In this document: piece by piece, positions 8,540 to 20,113 of the stretch | How the letters are laid out: each line of letters starts with the position of its first letter | Numbering within the stretch: position 1 is the first letter of the stretch | Source of the DNA: Eubacteriales bacterium | GTDB lineage: Bacteria > Bacillota > Clostridia > Christensenellales > Aristaeellaceae | Assembly (NCBI GenBank): GCA_031550095.1 | Contig: JAVBOX010000047.1 | Location: forward strand, 1 to 58,670 | Length of the DNA: 58,670 bases | Direction of reading: 5' to 3' | The notes under the pieces: model-generated | Told to the model about the DNA's origin: nothing | Seen by the model: only the letters and a program-made list of their open reading frames with translations | Databases searched by the model: none | Made by a program: the position numbers and the translations under genes

Positions 8540-9349
8540 TTACAGCGGGACAGGGATGCCCTTCCCATTCTCAAACGCCAGCAAATATTGAAATCCGCAG
8601 GACTTGGCCATTTTCCTTGCCAAATCAAGATTGCCCCCAACCCGGGCCGGATCGTGCGCATCGGAGCCAACGGTCACAAACTCGCCGCCAAACTCTCTAA
8701 AGTAAGTGATCAGCTCCCGGTCCGGTATAAACTCCCCCATCTTTTCATACCCGGATGTGTTGATCTCCAGGGCCTTTCCGGCTCTTGCCAACGCCAAAAA
8801 AAGCTCGCGAAACGCGTCTGGCGCGTGGCGGAACCTGAGGGGTCTCTCCGCCAAAGGATAAGGGGCAAATTTTGAGCAGTACCCCAAGTGGGCTATGGCA
8901 TCATACTCTTCCGCTGGCCACGCTAAAACGGACTCAAGCTTTGACTCTGCATAGCGCCTATAAAAGATGTCCTGGGACCTATTCGCAAAAAAATCCGGAA
9001 AATAAGGATCCGCGCCATCAATGAGATGAAGCGAAAGGAGCCTAAAATCCAATGACTGTGCAGCGTGCCATGCCCTGATCCTGTCTCTGCATTTGGGATT
9101 GTCGCCTATTTCAAGTCCAATACGAATCTTCAGATCCTTATGCTTATCTCTGGCGGCCAGGACATCCGCCAAGAGGTTCTCCATTATAGGCGGACAATCA
9201 GATTGAAAGTCGGGATGCCCGAACTCCGTATGGTCTGTGACGCAGATCTCATTAAGCCCGGCTTTCTTGGCGGCCAGGCACAAGGAATCCATCGACATCT
9301 TTGAGTCCATGGAATGATGGGTGTGCAAGTGATAATCAACCCTATACAT
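8540..9349 (-). CDS. PHP-family histidinol-phosphatase-like protein (HisJ/HisK type)
   Basis: MYRVDYHLHTHHSMDS ... VTDHTEFG ... GSDAH PHP metal-binding motifs. AGGAGAAAC lies upstream of ATG 9349. The gene starts 10 nt after the addA stop. Confidence 0.85.
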   Translation of the reverse strand: MYRVDYHLHTHHSMDSKMSMDSLCLAAKKAGLNEICVTDHTEFGHPDFQSDCPPIMENLLADVLAARDKHKDLKIRIGLEIGDNPKCRDRIRAWHAAQSLDFRLLSLHLIDGADPYFPDFFANRSQDIFYRRYAESKLESVLAWPAEEYDAIAHLGYCSKFAPYPLAERPLRFRHAPDAFRELFLALARAGKALEINTSGYEKMGEFIPDRELITYFREFGGEFVTVGSDAHDPARVGGNLDLARKMAKSCGFQYLLAFENGKGIPVPL

Positions 9350-9359
9350 AGTTTCTCCT

Positions 9360-12300
9360 TTAGACTGAATAGCCACTCGATGTATCCAAGAAGTAGAGCA
9401 CTTTTTCTTTAACGGGTTTACCAGTCAGTTTCTCGATGGCCGCTCCATACTGGCCAATTTGCGCACGATATCGCTCCACAAGCGTTTCAGGATCCTCCAC
9501 ATGATCGGACTTGTAATCCATCAAAACCCAGCCGTCTTTTTCCCAAAAACAACAATCAACAATTCCCTGTATGAGATATACAGAACCATCGTCCTCCGCC
9601 TTTAGGTTGAAAGCCCATTCACGGTGGACCTCTTTGGATTTGCGCATGCGCCGCCAAATATCGCTGTTAATGATCTTCTCAATTTTCTCTACGGGCATGT
9701 CTTTTGCCTGGGCCTCACTAAATATACCCTTTGTGACGAGTTCATCCAGCTCTCGACCGATGTCATCAATATCCAAGGGCGCCAAATGAAGAAACGCATG
9801 GACCGCGCTGCCGCGCTCTGTAGGGGAAAGGCCTTTTTCCTCCATGAAAAGAGGTCTTTTCGCTTCATCGGCAATCTGACCACACGGGCTTTCCTCCCCG
9901 CCACCGGCAAAGCTCTCCCGCACAATCGCAGTTACGCTTCGCTTAAGCGGCGCCACACGGACCTCCGGGACCTGCCAGGAAAGCGCTTTCCATATCATTG
10001 CGCTCGCATCCCCTCGCCGCGCCTGCCTCGCGTCCTCAGCGATTTTGTGAATCGAACTTTGATAGGCGTTCTCGACAGCCCGCTGTTCAACTCTGTGGGT
10101 TTCCACAAGCCAATGAGCGTTTCCCCACGCAGCTGGCGCTATCCAATCCAGCTGCGACATCGCATAGGAGCCGCCGCTGCTGCGGGATAGGGCTTCCCAA
10201 CGCTCCACATCCTTCCTTGCCGATGTTCCCACGAGGATCAACCGGCTCATTGCCCGCGTCAGCGCCACGTATAGAATACGGGCCTCTTCCGCCGCGCCCT
10301 CCTGCCGCCTCTTCTCCTTTATTGCCCTCCAGGCAAGGGTCTCTTGGACCCTCCGAATTTCCGGCTCAATGGCTTTCATGCCAATTCCCAGGGTATTATG
10401 GGCAACCAAAGTCTCGCCCTTTGCGCCTCTCCCAAAGCGGGCGCCCACACCCGCCAAAAACACGACGGGAAATTGAAGCCCTTTGCTCTTGTGAATGGAC
10501 ATCACCCGGACCACGTCATCCCGCTCTCCAAGATCCGCCACATCTATGCCTTCCTTTTCCTTCACCCTTTCAATATAACGCAGAAACCCGGGGAGTCCGC
10601 TCCCCTGCGTTCGCTGGTAGTCTCCCGCGTGCTCCGCCAACATCCTAAGATTCGCCTGCCGCCTGTCCCCATCCGGCAATGCCCCAACGTCGGCATAATA
10701 GCCAGTATCCATATAGAGCCTCTGAATGAATTCATCCAGGGGCAGCACCTGGGCATCTATGGACCAGTCATGAACGCGCAAGGTGAATTGTCGCAGGGCT
10801 TCCGCCAATTCATCATTCCGCTTTGCATAGCGTAACACAGCGTCCGCGAATGTTGAGTCAGGTTCAGTCCCGCGGATTTCCCCAATCTGCGCATCGGTAA
10901 GCCCACAGGCAGGTCCTTTTAGGGAAGCCATCAGGTATAGATCCTGGCGCATATTGTCAATTACGGAAAGAAGGGATAAGATGCTTCGCACTTCGCCGTG
11001 TTCCAAAGCATTCTCACTCAGGTCAGACCATGCGTGAATCCCCCGCTTCCGAAGGGTTTCCACCACCTGCCGGGCTTTTCCACGCACTGTCCTCATGAGG
11101 ATCGCGATGTCTCTGGGGCGATAGGCGCGTTCCGGCGCCTCGCGGAGGGCAATGATGCGGTCCGCCATCCATTCCGCCTCAGCTTGGATCGCTGTCTTCA
11201 CCTCACCCATTAATAGATCTGATGTATCCTCATCCTCCTCTTCGCTCTCATTTTGCTCATCATCCTTCAAGAGCAGATGAAGCTCCGCCCGGGCGCCCGG
11301 CCAATCCTGGGCACAGCCGGGATACAGGTGCGCCTCCTCATCATACTGAATTTCCATTTCCCTCCCTATAAAAACCCGTTCGAATATGGCATTGATGCCA
11401 TGAATGAGCATACTATGGGAACGATAGTTTGTGTTTAGTATGATCTTTCGGTCCTTTGCCCCAGCTTCTGCGCTGAAACCACACAACTTGTTTAAAAACA
11501 GCGCAGGCTCGGCAAGGCGAAACCGATAGACGCTTTGCTTCACATCGCCCACCATGAATAGATTATGGCCGCTGCTCACGCTTTGCAGAAGGGCTTCCTG
11601 CAGCATGCTGGAGTCCTGATACTCATCTACAAACACATGTTTGTATTTCTGGCGATAGTATTCCGCTATGGCTGGCTCGCGCAACGCCTTAATAGCAAAA
11701 TGCTCCAGATCGTTAAAGTCCATCACATTCTTTTCTGCCTTCAGCGCCTGAAAGCGGTCATGAAACGCGAGCGCCGCGCTCTGCAGCCCCCGAAGCATGA
11801 CGCCATTGACGCATTGATCCAGTGCGCGATTTTCCAAAGGGTCTAACCATTCCGCCAGCTTTGAAGCGCCTGCAAGCCGCTTTTTGACATGATCCCGCAT
11901 TCCATCATAATGTTCAATTCCGGTCTCGTCGTCACCCTTCTTCTTGCTGGGTCTTCTTCCAAAGGTATAGGGGCCATGCATCATCAGGGCATCGTACCCT
12001 GCTTCAGCGGCCGCCCGATAGCGCTTTATGCTCTCCCGCTCATCATTTGTAAAGCTCAGGAATAGGCCGGTATTCTCCGCATAGGCCACCAGCTCATCCT
12101 GAAGCGCCAGCGCATCGTCCAGCGCGAGCACAATTCCCCTGATCACCTCATCCATCCAATTTGATGTTTTGATGGAGGCAGCGTCCATGGCATGCGCCAT
12201 CACGGCATCCTCCAGCCACTCCCAAGGGTCGGGTTTTGCCATCAAAAAGGCATGCAACTCCTCTACGGCGGAGGTAAGTTCCTGCTGGCTCAAGCAGCCC

Positions 12301-12755
12301 GCCACGTAGTGAAAGGGCTCCGTAGGCGCGGCGAAGCACTCACGCAAAGCCTCGCTTAGCGCCTGCGCCCGCAGCACGCCCACCTCCGCGGCATCGGCCA
12401 CGCGAAAGGTCGGATCGACGCCAGCCGCTTGAAAGTGCTTTCTGCATACCTCACCACAAAAGCCGTGGAGGGTAGAAATGCTTGCCCATTCCACGCGCAT
12501 CGCCTGTTCCGCAAAGCGTCGGTCGCCGGCATCTGCCCCGTCATGGAGTGCGGTCATGATTCGCGCACGCATCTCCGCCGCAGCCGCCTTTGTAAATGTC
12601 ACCACCAGAAAATCGTCCATGCAGGCGCCTTCCCGCACCAAATCAATGATACGGGCCGTCAAAACCGCCGTCTTCCCACTGCCGGCTGCCGCGGAGACCA
12701 GAAGATTGCTTCCCCGGGCTCCAATGGCCTCCAACTGGGCGCTCGTCCATTCCAT
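9360..12755 (-). CDS. addA: ATP-dependent helicase/nuclease subunit A (AddA-type UvrD helicase with C-terminal PD-(D/E)XK nuclease)
   Basis: 1131 aa from MEWTSAQLEAIGARGSNLLVSAAAGSGKTAVL (Walker A). Has VDEYQD (Walker B) and a C-terminal GIVDCCFWEKDGWVLMDYKSD nuclease motif. GAAAGGAG lies upstream of ATG 12755. Confidence 0.88.
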   Translation of the reverse strand: MEWTSAQLEAIGARGSNLLVSAAAGSGKTAVLTARIIDLVREGACMDDFLVVTFTKAAAAEMRARIMTALHDGADAGDRRFAEQAMRVEWASISTLHGFCGEVCRKHFQAAGVDPTFRVADAAEVGVLRAQALSEALRECFAAPTEPFHYVAGCLSQQELTSAVEELHAFLMAKPDPWEWLEDAVMAHAMDAASIKTSNWMDEVIRGIVLALDDALALQDELVAYAENTGLFLSFTNDERESIKRYRAAAEAGYDALMMHGPYTFGRRPSKKKGDDETGIEHYDGMRDHVKKRLAGASKLAEWLDPLENRALDQCVNGVMLRGLQSAALAFHDRFQALKAEKNVMDFNDLEHFAIKALREPAIAEYYRQKYKHVFVDEYQDSSMLQEALLQSVSSGHNLFMVGDVKQSVYRFRLAEPALFLNKLCGFSAEAGAKDRKIILNTNYRSHSMLIHGINAIFERVFIGREMEIQYDEEAHLYPGCAQDWPGARAELHLLLKDDEQNESEEEDEDTSDLLMGEVKTAIQAEAEWMADRIIALREAPERAYRPRDIAILMRTVRGKARQVVETLRKRGIHAWSDLSENALEHGEVRSILSLLSVIDNMRQDLYLMASLKGPACGLTDAQIGEIRGTEPDSTFADAVLRYAKRNDELAEALRQFTLRVHDWSIDAQVLPLDEFIQRLYMDTGYYADVGALPDGDRRQANLRMLAEHAGDYQRTQGSGLPGFLRYIERVKEKEGIDVADLGERDDVVRVMSIHKSKGLQFPVVFLAGVGARFGRGAKGETLVAHNTLGIGMKAIEPEIRRVQETLAWRAIKEKRRQEGAAEEARILYVALTRAMSRLILVGTSARKDVERWEALSRSSGGSYAMSQLDWIAPAAWGNAHWLVETHRVEQRAVENAYQSSIHKIAEDARQARRGDASAMIWKALSWQVPEVRVAPLKRSVTAIVRESFAGGGEESPCGQIADEAKRPLFMEEKGLSPTERGSAVHAFLHLAPLDIDDIGRELDELVTKGIFSEAQAKDMPVEKIEKIINSDIWRRMRKSKEVHREWAFNLKAEDDGSVYLIQGIVDCCFWEKDGWVLMDYKSDHVEDPETLVERYRAQIGQYGAAIEKLTGKPVKEKVLYFLDTSSGYSV

Positions 12756-12880
12756 GGGGAAACTCCTTTCGTATTCGGGCACTATGCCACAAATTCCTCC
12801 GGGCATCCAAACGCATGGCATTCCGGCGCTTGGAAATCCGAAGGAATTCGATAAACCGGAAAATTTAGAGGCTGCCTTCC

Positions 12881-14323
12881 CTATTCCTCAAAAGTAATCT
12901 TTGGCTTTCTCGCCGCCAGGGTCTGGTCTGGCCGCCCCACCGGAGTGGTCATTGGGAAAGCGTGAAGTGCGTCTGGATTCTCCTTGGCCAGTTGGGCCAG
13001 TTCCAGCATGGCGTCGCAGAAAGCGTCAAGCACCTCGGGGGGTTCGGTCTCGCACGGCTCCACCATCATGGCCTCATGGACAATAAGGGGGAAATAGATG
13101 GTGGGCGGGTGAAAGCCCCTGTCGATAAGGCCCTTGGCCATGTCCGTAGCCGTAAGCCCCAGAATGCCTTCCGTGCTCAGAACGAACTCATGCATGCAAT
13201 TGCCAACCGTGGCGATCTTGAATGTGCCCTTAAGACGGCGCATCACATAGTTGGCATTGAGCACCGCCGCCTCGCTCGCCGCCCTCAGTCCCTCGGCTCC
13301 AAGGGAAAGGATATAGGCATACGCCCGGGCGCAAACGCCAAAGTTCCCATAGAACGATTTCACCTTCCCAATGGAAAGGGGAAGATCCCAGTCCAAGGCA
13401 TATGAGTCGTTTTTGTGAATGACCCGGGGCTTTGGCAGGAATGGCTCCAAGTGCTTTTTGCAGCCACCTGGGCCGGCACCCGGCCCGCCGCCGCCATGGG
13501 GTGTGGAAAATGTCTTGTGCAAGTTCAGGTGAACCACATCAAACCCGGTGTCTCCCGGGCGGACAATGCCCATCACCGCGTTCAGGTTTGCGCCGTCATA
13601 GTACAAAAGGCCGCCCGCACCATGGACGATCTCCTCTATCAAACGGATGTTCGTATCAAAAAGCCCAAGGGTATTTGGGTTGGTCAGCATCAGGCCAGCC
13701 GTATCCTCGCCGCAGACAGTCCGGAGGGCCTCGATATCCACGCAGCAATCCGGGGCGGAGGGCACCTCGACGACCTCAAAGCCAGCCATGGCGGCGGAGG
13801 CGGGGTTTGTGCCATGGGCGGAATCGGGGACGATGATCTTCGTCCGCTTTTCAAGCTCACCGCGCCGCGCGTGGTACGCGCGAATGAGCATCAGCCCCGT
13901 GAGCTCCCCATGGGCGCCTGCCGCGGGCTGAAGGGTCATGGCATCCATGCCCGTGATCTCGCAAAGGGCCTGTTCCAGCTCATAGGCAAGCCGAAGGGCG
14001 CCCTGCGCGTCAGCCTCATCCGCAAGGGGATGCAGGCCGGAAAACAAAGGCGCAACCGCCTCGTTCAACCGGGGATTATACTTCATGGTGCAGGAACCCA
14101 GGGGATAGAAGCCATTGTCCACGCCAAAGTTTCGGCGGGAAAGGGCCGTAAAATGGCGCATCACTTCCAGCTCGCTCATCTCCGGCAAGCGCGGTGGCGT
14201 GTCCGCCAAGCACACGCTTGGAAGGAGGTTTTCTTGAACCGGTATATCCAAGGCGGGCACATCCGCCCCCCTGCGGCCCGCATAGCTCTTTTCAAAGCTG
14301 GTCGGATAAACGCTTCGGCTCAT
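12881..14323 (-). CDS. gcvPB: Glycine dehydrogenase (decarboxylating) subunit 2
   Basis: 480 aa with [18 protein letters not shown], the PLP-lysine region typical of GcvPB. Confidence 0.96.
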   Translation of the reverse strand: MSRSVYPTSFEKSYAGRRGADVPALDIPVQENLLPSVCLADTPPRLPEMSELEVMRHFTALSRRNFGVDNGFYPLGSCTMKYNPRLNEAVAPLFSGLHPLADEADAQGALRLAYELEQALCEITGMDAMTLQPAAGAHGELTGLMLIRAYHARRGELEKRTKIIVPDSAHGTNPASAAMAGFEVVEVPSAPDCCVDIEALRTVCGEDTAGLMLTNPNTLGLFDTNIRLIEEIVHGAGGLLYYDGANLNAVMGIVRPGDTGFDVVHLNLHKTFSTPHGGGGPGAGPGGCKKHLEPFLPKPRVIHKNDSYALDWDLPLSIGKVKSFYGNFGVCARAYAYILSLGAEGLRAASEAAVLNANYVMRRLKGTFKIATVGNCMHEFVLSTEGILGLTATDMAKGLIDRGFHPPTIYFPLIVHEAMMVEPCETEPPEVLDAFCDAMLELAQLAKENPDALHAFPMTTPVGRPDQTLAARKPKITFEE

Positions 14324-15636
14324 GCAATCACCTCCAAAGCACAGACGAGCGCGTCAATCTCTTCCCGTGTGTTCATCTCCGTGACGCAATAGAGGATTCG
14401 CCGATCATCCAAGGGGTAGCCTCCGACAATGCCGGCTTTCCGCACAGCCTCGTTGATCCGATCCGACGGAATGTCGGACTCCACAACAAACTCCATAAAA
14501 AACGGCCTATCGTAGGCGATCCTCATGCCGGGGATAGCCTTGATCCGTTCCGCCGCGTAGTGAGCCTTCTGAACACACGCCTGGGCCACCTCCCGCATGC
14601 CCAAAGGGCCCATGGCCGTCAGGTAGATGGAGGCCATGATGGCGCAGAGGGACTGATTGGAGCAGATGTTGCTGGCGGCTTTTTCCCGGCGGATATGCTG
14701 TTCCCGGGCCTGCAGCGTAAGCACGTAAGCCCGGTTTCCGGTATCATCCATGGTTTCCCCAACAATACGGCCAGGCAAATTCCGCAAATACCTCTTTGTG
14801 GTGGCCATGAACCCCACATAGGGCCCGCCCCAGGAGAGTGGAATGCCCAATGGCTGTCCGTCGCCGATGGCGATGTCCGCCCCCAGTGCGCCGGGGGTTT
14901 TCAAAAGCCCAAGGGAAATGGGCTCCACATAGGCCACCAGAAGGCCCTTTGCCCCATGCATCAGGGCCGCCTGGGCCCCGAAATCCTCAATCAGCCCGCA
15001 GTAATTCGGGGACGCGGTGATAAGCCCTGCGGCTCCGGCGGCATTTGCGGCGACGGCCTCCAGATCCGTGGTGCCCTCCTTCAGAGGAATCTCCACCAAC
15101 TCCACGCCCGCACATGGGGCATAGGTTTTCAAAACCTCTAGCACATCCGGGTGCAACCCTCTGGAAACCAGCAGCTTGTCCTTCCTAGCAATATCCCGGC
15201 ACATGAGCATCGCTTCGGCGGCGGCTGTGGCCCCGTCATACACGGAGGCATTGGAAGCATCCATCCCCGTCAGCCGGGCAATCAAGGTCTGATACTCAAA
15301 GATGGCCTGGAGCATGCCCTGGCTCATCTCGGGCTGATAGGGGGTATAGGCTGTCAAAAACTCCCCGCGCTGAACAAGCGCTGAAATGACGGACGGAATG
15401 AAGTGATGATAGGCCCCCGCGCCGCGAAAGATGGGCATGTCCGCATTGTTCTGATCCGCCATTGCCTTCACCGCGCGAAAGGTATCCGCTTCAGACATGC
15501 CTTCCCGCAAGTTGAGAGGGCGGTTCAGTCGGACGGAGGCAGGGATATCGCGCAACAAATCCTCCATGGTGGCAAAACCCATGGAGGCAAGCATACGCTC
15601 CTGCTCCTGCCGTGTGGCTGGAACGTATGTCTTCAT
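14320..15636 (-). CDS. gcvPA: Glycine dehydrogenase (decarboxylating) subunit 1
   Basis: 438 aa. [11 protein letters not shown] motif. 4-nt overlaps with both neighbouring genes. Confidence 0.96.
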   Translation of the reverse strand: MKTYVPATRQEQERMLASMGFATMEDLLRDIPASVRLNRPLNLREGMSEADTFRAVKAMADQNNADMPIFRGAGAYHHFIPSVISALVQRGEFLTAYTPYQPEMSQGMLQAIFEYQTLIARLTGMDASNASVYDGATAAAEAMLMCRDIARKDKLLVSRGLHPDVLEVLKTYAPCAGVELVEIPLKEGTTDLEAVAANAAGAAGLITASPNYCGLIEDFGAQAALMHGAKGLLVAYVEPISLGLLKTPGALGADIAIGDGQPLGIPLSWGGPYVGFMATTKRYLRNLPGRIVGETMDDTGNRAYVLTLQAREQHIRREKAASNICSNQSLCAIMASIYLTAMGPLGMREVAQACVQKAHYAAERIKAIPGMRIAYDRPFFMEFVVESDIPSDRINEAVRKAGIVGGYPLDDRRILYCVTEMNTREEIDALVCALEVIA

Positions 15637-16019
15637 CCCTTCGCTTCCTCCGCCTTGACCAGGGCTTCATATGCGGCGGCATCCAAAAGATCATTCTCAT
15701 TCAGCCCAGCGATCTGAAGCTTGGCGATCCAGGACTCCCAAGGCGCCTCGTTGATTTTTTCCGGCGCGTCCTCCAGGGTTTCGTTGACTTCAGTGACCTC
15801 CCCCGCCGGGGCAGAAAGCACATCGGAGGCAGCCTTGACGGATTCGATTACGGCCAGGCGGCCGCCTGCCTCGATTTCATCGCCCACCTGGGGAAGTTCC
15901 ACAAATACGATATCCCCCAGCATATTCTGGGCATAATCCGTCAGGCCGATGATGGCCACATCTCCCTCAACCTTCACCCACTCGTGGTCCTTGGTGTATT
16001 TGCGATCTGCAGGAAACAT
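15633..16019 (-). CDS. gcvH: Glycine cleavage system H protein
   Basis: 128 aa with YTKDHEWVK and the ESVKAASD lipoyl-lysine motif. Confidence 0.96.
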   Translation of the reverse strand: MFPADRKYTKDHEWVKVEGDVAIIGLTDYAQNMLGDIVFVELPQVGDEIEAGGRLAVIESVKAASDVLSAPAGEVTEVNETLEDAPEKINEAPWESWIAKLQIAGLNENDLLDAAAYEALVKAEEAKG

Positions 16020-16046
16020 AAAACGCCCTCCTCATCCAATCATTTT

Positions 16047-17126
16047 TTACAGGTTCGTTGTTCTGTAGAACGGCAGCTTTACCCGCCTGGCGCGAAGCAG
16101 GCGGCCGCGCACCTCAATGAACAGTTCATCCATCGCCGCTGCTTCCAGGGATACGAGGGCCATCGCCCGATTGCCCCCAACCGTTGGCACGGGGCCGCCG
16201 CTGGTGGTCTCCCCAACCACATTGCCCTCCTCATCCAGAACCGGGCAATGCTCCCTGGCGATTCCCTTATCCAACAGCTCCAAACCGACGCGGCGGCGAA
16301 GAGGCGGATTGTTTTCAAGGGATTCCTTGCCGATAAAGTCCGGCTTGTCCAGCTTGACGAACATCCTCAGCCCGCATTCCAAGGGCGTGATGTCCTGGGC
16401 CAGCTCATGGCCGTACAGGGGCATGGATGCCTCAAACCGCAGTGTATCCCGAGCGCCCAGGCCACAGGGGATGGCTCCCGCCTCAATCAAGGCGTCGTGA
16501 AGCTTGCCCGCGCTTTCTGGCGCCAAATAGATCTCCAAGCCGGGCTCTCCGGTATAGCCGGTCTTTGAAACCAGGCAAGGAATGCCTGCCACCCGGACGC
16601 CCTCCACGAACGTGTAGTTTTTCTCCGGCAAAGCTCCCTCTACTCCGGATTTTTTAATCACTTCCCGGTAGAGAGGGCCTTGGAGCGCTAGCTGGGCATA
16701 GCGATCCGAAGCGTCGGAAACAGCAACGTCTCCAGCCTTGTGCTGCAGCATCCAGGAAAAATCCTTTTCACAGTTGGCGGCATTGACGATCACCAGATAA
16801 GCCTTGTCCCCCCGCTTATAGACGATCAAATCATCCACCGTGCCGCCAGAGGGGTAGCACATGGGGGAATATCTGCAGCTTCCGGTTTCCATGGATGTAA
16901 AGTCATTCGTGCATAGGCGATTTAAAAAATTCAGGGCATCTGGGCCATGAATCTCAATCTCCCCCATATGGGATACATCAAAAAGGCCGCAAGCTTCCCG
17001 AACCGCCTTGTGTTCCGCCATGATTCCGCTATATTGCACCGGCAGATCCCACCCACCGTATGTGACCATCTTTCCGCCGAGCTTTATATGATTTTCGTAT
17101 AATGGGGTATGCTTTCCATCCTGCAT
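16047..17126 (-). CDS. gcvT: Aminomethyltransferase (glycine cleavage T protein)
   Basis: [32 protein letters not shown]. Start set at ATG 17126, preceded by GAGAGAGGAAG. The ORF extends to 17195, but that ATG has no SD. Confidence 0.92.
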   Translation of the reverse strand: MQDGKHTPLYENHIKLGGKMVTYGGWDLPVQYSGIMAEHKAVREACGLFDVSHMGEIEIHGPDALNFLNRLCTNDFTSMETGSCRYSPMCYPSGGTVDDLIVYKRGDKAYLVIVNAANCEKDFSWMLQHKAGDVAVSDASDRYAQLALQGPLYREVIKKSGVEGALPEKNYTFVEGVRVAGIPCLVSKTGYTGEPGLEIYLAPESAGKLHDALIEAGAIPCGLGARDTLRFEASMPLYGHELAQDITPLECGLRMFVKLDKPDFIGKESLENNPPLRRRVGLELLDKGIAREHCPVLDEEGNVVGETTSGGPVPTVGGNRAMALVSLEAAAMDELFIEVRGRLLRARRVKLPFYRTTNL

Positions 17127-17286
17127 TCTCCGCGCTTCCTCTCTCAAAAATTCATATTCTTTTACCATTATAACGGGTATCGTAAGGAAGGGCAAGCGCC
17201 TAAAGCATGTCCCATGAATTAATCACATTCACACCCTTTAAGTCTGCGGAATAGCATGCAAGAGATTATGAAAGCGAGGGATAGGT

Positions 17287-18039
17287 ATGGAATTCAATAT
17301 ACCCGCCGAAGGGGCGGAATATCAGCAAGCAATTTCCGGCCCCGAAAATAGTGAAGCGCGATGCCCAGACATCTATGTGGTACAACCAGAGGATACCTAT
17401 TATGGGATCGCTGCCAAACTCGGTATGACGGCCTATGAGCTTAGCGGCATGAATCCCTTTATAGACCCGGACGCGCTGCAAGTCGGCGAGGAACTCTGCA
17501 TTCCTCTGCAAACCGAAGATTCTTTCGCCACGCCTACATACGCGGAACCCAGGGTTATCCTCTTTCCTCCCGCGCCAAACCCGCCCGCCCAACCCATGCC
17601 GGCGCCGACGCCCACACCGGCACCAATGCCAGTGCCCATACCTCAGACGATACAGCCTCCGGTCCAGCCCATTCACCCCGCGCCTACAGCCGCTCAGCAG
17701 CCTTGCCCCACAAACCATATCCGTGTCACCGTTCCTTCCGGTTGGGACTGCGGCCAGGTACTGCGCAGGTATAACGTCTCATATCAAGCCCTCGCCAGCG
17801 CAAACCCGCGCATCAACATTGACTCCCTCATGAGCGGTCAGCTGCTGTGCATCCCGCCCTCAGGCAGCCGCGGTCTTTGTGGCACCGACTTTGTGACCTA
17901 CATCATGGTATCTTCCGACACCCTGGAATCCCTTGCGCGTCGCTACAGCATCGCTCCTTGCGCCTTGTTGAAGGCCAACGGCAACCTTGCGCCCAGCGAT
18001 TTTGTGGCGGGACGGGTGATCTGCGTCCCATGCGAATAA
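17287..18039 (+). CDS. Triple LysM-domain protein with Pro-rich linker
   Basis: Three LysM-like units (YVVQPEDTYYGIAAKLGM..., VPSGWDCGQVLRRYNVSYQALASANP..., YIMVSSDTLESLARRYSIAP...), each ending in a (L/I)C(I/V)P motif. PAPNPPAQPMPAPTPTPAPMPVP linker. GAGGGA SD. Confidence 0.85.
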   Translation: MEFNIPAEGAEYQQAISGPENSEARCPDIYVVQPEDTYYGIAAKLGMTAYELSGMNPFIDPDALQVGEELCIPLQTEDSFATPTYAEPRVILFPPAPNPPAQPMPAPTPTPAPMPVPIPQTIQPPVQPIHPAPTAAQQPCPTNHIRVTVPSGWDCGQVLRRYNVSYQALASANPRINIDSLMSGQLLCIPPSGSRGLCGTDFVTYIMVSSDTLESLARRYSIAPCALLKANGNLAPSDFVAGRVICVPCE

Positions 18040-18117
18040 TGAGACGCTTTGATCTATCACCCGTTCGTTCCATAAGCGGAGCCGCGCTAAAGCCCGGAAC
18101 TGCCTCATAGGAACCAG

Positions 18118-18150
18118 AGGCTGCCCCTCATTGCGGCAGCCCCTTTTCTT
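18118..18150 (+). terminator. Rho-independent terminator after the LysM gene
   Basis: GGCTGCC-loop-GGCAGCC stem followed by CCTTTTCTT. Confidence 0.6.
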
Positions 18151-18192
18151 CCATTCGCCGGAACCACAGGATTTCCGCATATCCTTGAGGAA

Positions 18193-18825
18193 TCACAGGA
18201 TACTCGGGCTTTCAAAGCGGTTATTGTCTACGACCAAGTGGCTCTTTTCCTTTGGAGAATACCTGCTGAAATAAGCCCTTTGAATGGGAAGAAAATAATG
18301 CTCATACTGCTCAAGGATCCCGTCGCCATACAATGGCACATCCCTTTCTTCTCCTCGCCTAAAGATCTCTTCCTCCTCAACATCCAAGAAGACCCTATAA
18401 TCAAACAGGTGCTCAATGGGCGGGCGGTACAGCAGGACGCCTTCCACAATGACCACAGAATTCATGCCCGTTGTGTAGACCTGCTGATTGACGTATGTAT
18501 CCGTATTCATATCCAGCAATGTCATTGTTTTGTTGACCGGATGGCGCTTGATCTCTAAAATCAACTCGGAAAACTTTTCCAAATCCATCGCGTTCAAAAA
18601 GTAATTTTCAATCGTAAGATCCCCAAACCGGATTGCCCTGGGATGATGAAAATCATCCATGTGAATTAGCTGGGTATGAACCTTTCTCTCCCGCAAGAAC
18701 CGATCCAACGCCAGCGCCAGCGTGGTCTTGCCCGATGTAATGGCGCCATTGATGCCAATGATCGCCGGTCTCTCCAGCTTTGAGATGTCCTTTTCAATAT
18801 GTTCGCATAATGAGCGCGTGTCCAT
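18193..18825 (-). CDS. Uridine kinase / phosphoribulokinase-family P-loop kinase
   Basis: AIIGINGAITSGKTTLA Walker A and VVIVEGVLL Walker B-like strand. Start at MDTRS (ATG 18825) with an AGAGAAGG SD. Confidence 0.75.
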   Translation of the reverse strand: MDTRSLCEHIEKDISKLERPAIIGINGAITSGKTTLALALDRFLRERKVHTQLIHMDDFHHPRAIRFGDLTIENYFLNAMDLEKFSELILEIKRHPVNKTMTLLDMNTDTYVNQQVYTTGMNSVVIVEGVLLYRPPIEHLFDYRVFLDVEEEEIFRRGEERDVPLYGDGILEQYEHYFLPIQRAYFSRYSPKEKSHLVVDNNRFESPSIL

Positions 18826-18841
18826 GGCACACCTTCTCTTT

Positions 18842-19001
18842 AGAGCAATTTCTGAAAACATAGCGCATAGATTGGCGAGAGATTTTGCCGTCTCGCTAAG
18901 ACGAGGGGGCGAGGCGTAGCAGCGCTACGCTGAGCGGACAAAGCAACGCGAGAAGGCAAAAGATCCGCCGGGATGCGTTCTATGTCTCCGAGAAATTCTC
19001 T
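18842..19001. repeat. Family-B long-hairpin intergenic repeat, copy 1 (~160 bp)
   Basis: AGAGCAATTTCTGAAAACATAGCGCAT ... ATGCGTTCTATGTCTCCGAGAAATTCTCT are imperfect terminal inverted repeats. Apex is GCGTAGC-AGC-GCTACGC. It begins 16 nt upstream of the kinase start codon. Confidence 0.85.
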
Positions 19002-19091
19002 AAGGTTTATTGGGATGTCTCGCGACAGCATTGAGTATAGCACGAAAGGGCCTCTATCCTCAACATGCTGGGCCGTTCGATAAAATACGCG

Positions 19092-19119
19092 AAAAAGAGA
19101 CTGCGCGAGAGCAGCCTCC
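19092..19119 (-). terminator. Rho-independent terminator after the collagen-like gene
   Basis: On the - strand: GAGGCTGC-TCTCGC-GCAGTCTC followed by TTTTTCG. Confidence 0.55.
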
Positions 19120-19165
19120 TTGCCATTTCTTAAGCCATTTTCGGTAGTTTCTACGCTTTCTTCCC

Positions 19166-19954
<789 letters not shown>

Positions 19955-20048
19955 AATCTTTTCCTCCGAAAACCCTATAGGAGGAGAGGCATACTCCCCT
20001 CAATATACTTTATGCCACATCTGATACTGTGTGAAAACCCTTGATATA

Positions 20049-20088
20049 ACAAAAACCTCCCATCTCGGCAAAGCCTGAAATGAAAGGT
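20049..20088 (-). terminator. Rho-independent terminator after fusA
   Basis: On the - strand: a 12-bp stem ACCUUUCAUUUC/GAGAUGGGAGGU (3 G-U pairs) with a 10-nt loop, followed by TTTTGTT. Confidence 0.6.
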
Positions 20089-20113
20089 CGCTTATCTCGT
20101 GCATCTATTTTAT

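Noticed and set aside
8257-8670. A 137-aa - strand ORF spans the parS sites and overlaps the 3-prime end of the PHP phosphatase gene.
   Set aside because: Only its C-terminal part (APAPRVQKRDPEKLAAYVNEHPDACLR) is real transposase-derived sequence. The rest runs out of frame across intergenic DNA and the 3-prime end of the PHP phosphatase gene.
17127-17286. A glycine riboswitch was expected upstream of gcvT.
   Set aside because: The - strand leader is short. A TTGCCC-17-TATAAT-like promoter sits about 40 nt from the start codon, and I could not find the conserved glycine-aptamer strings (GGAGAG ... CACCGAAGGGGCAA type). A covariance-model scan would settle it.
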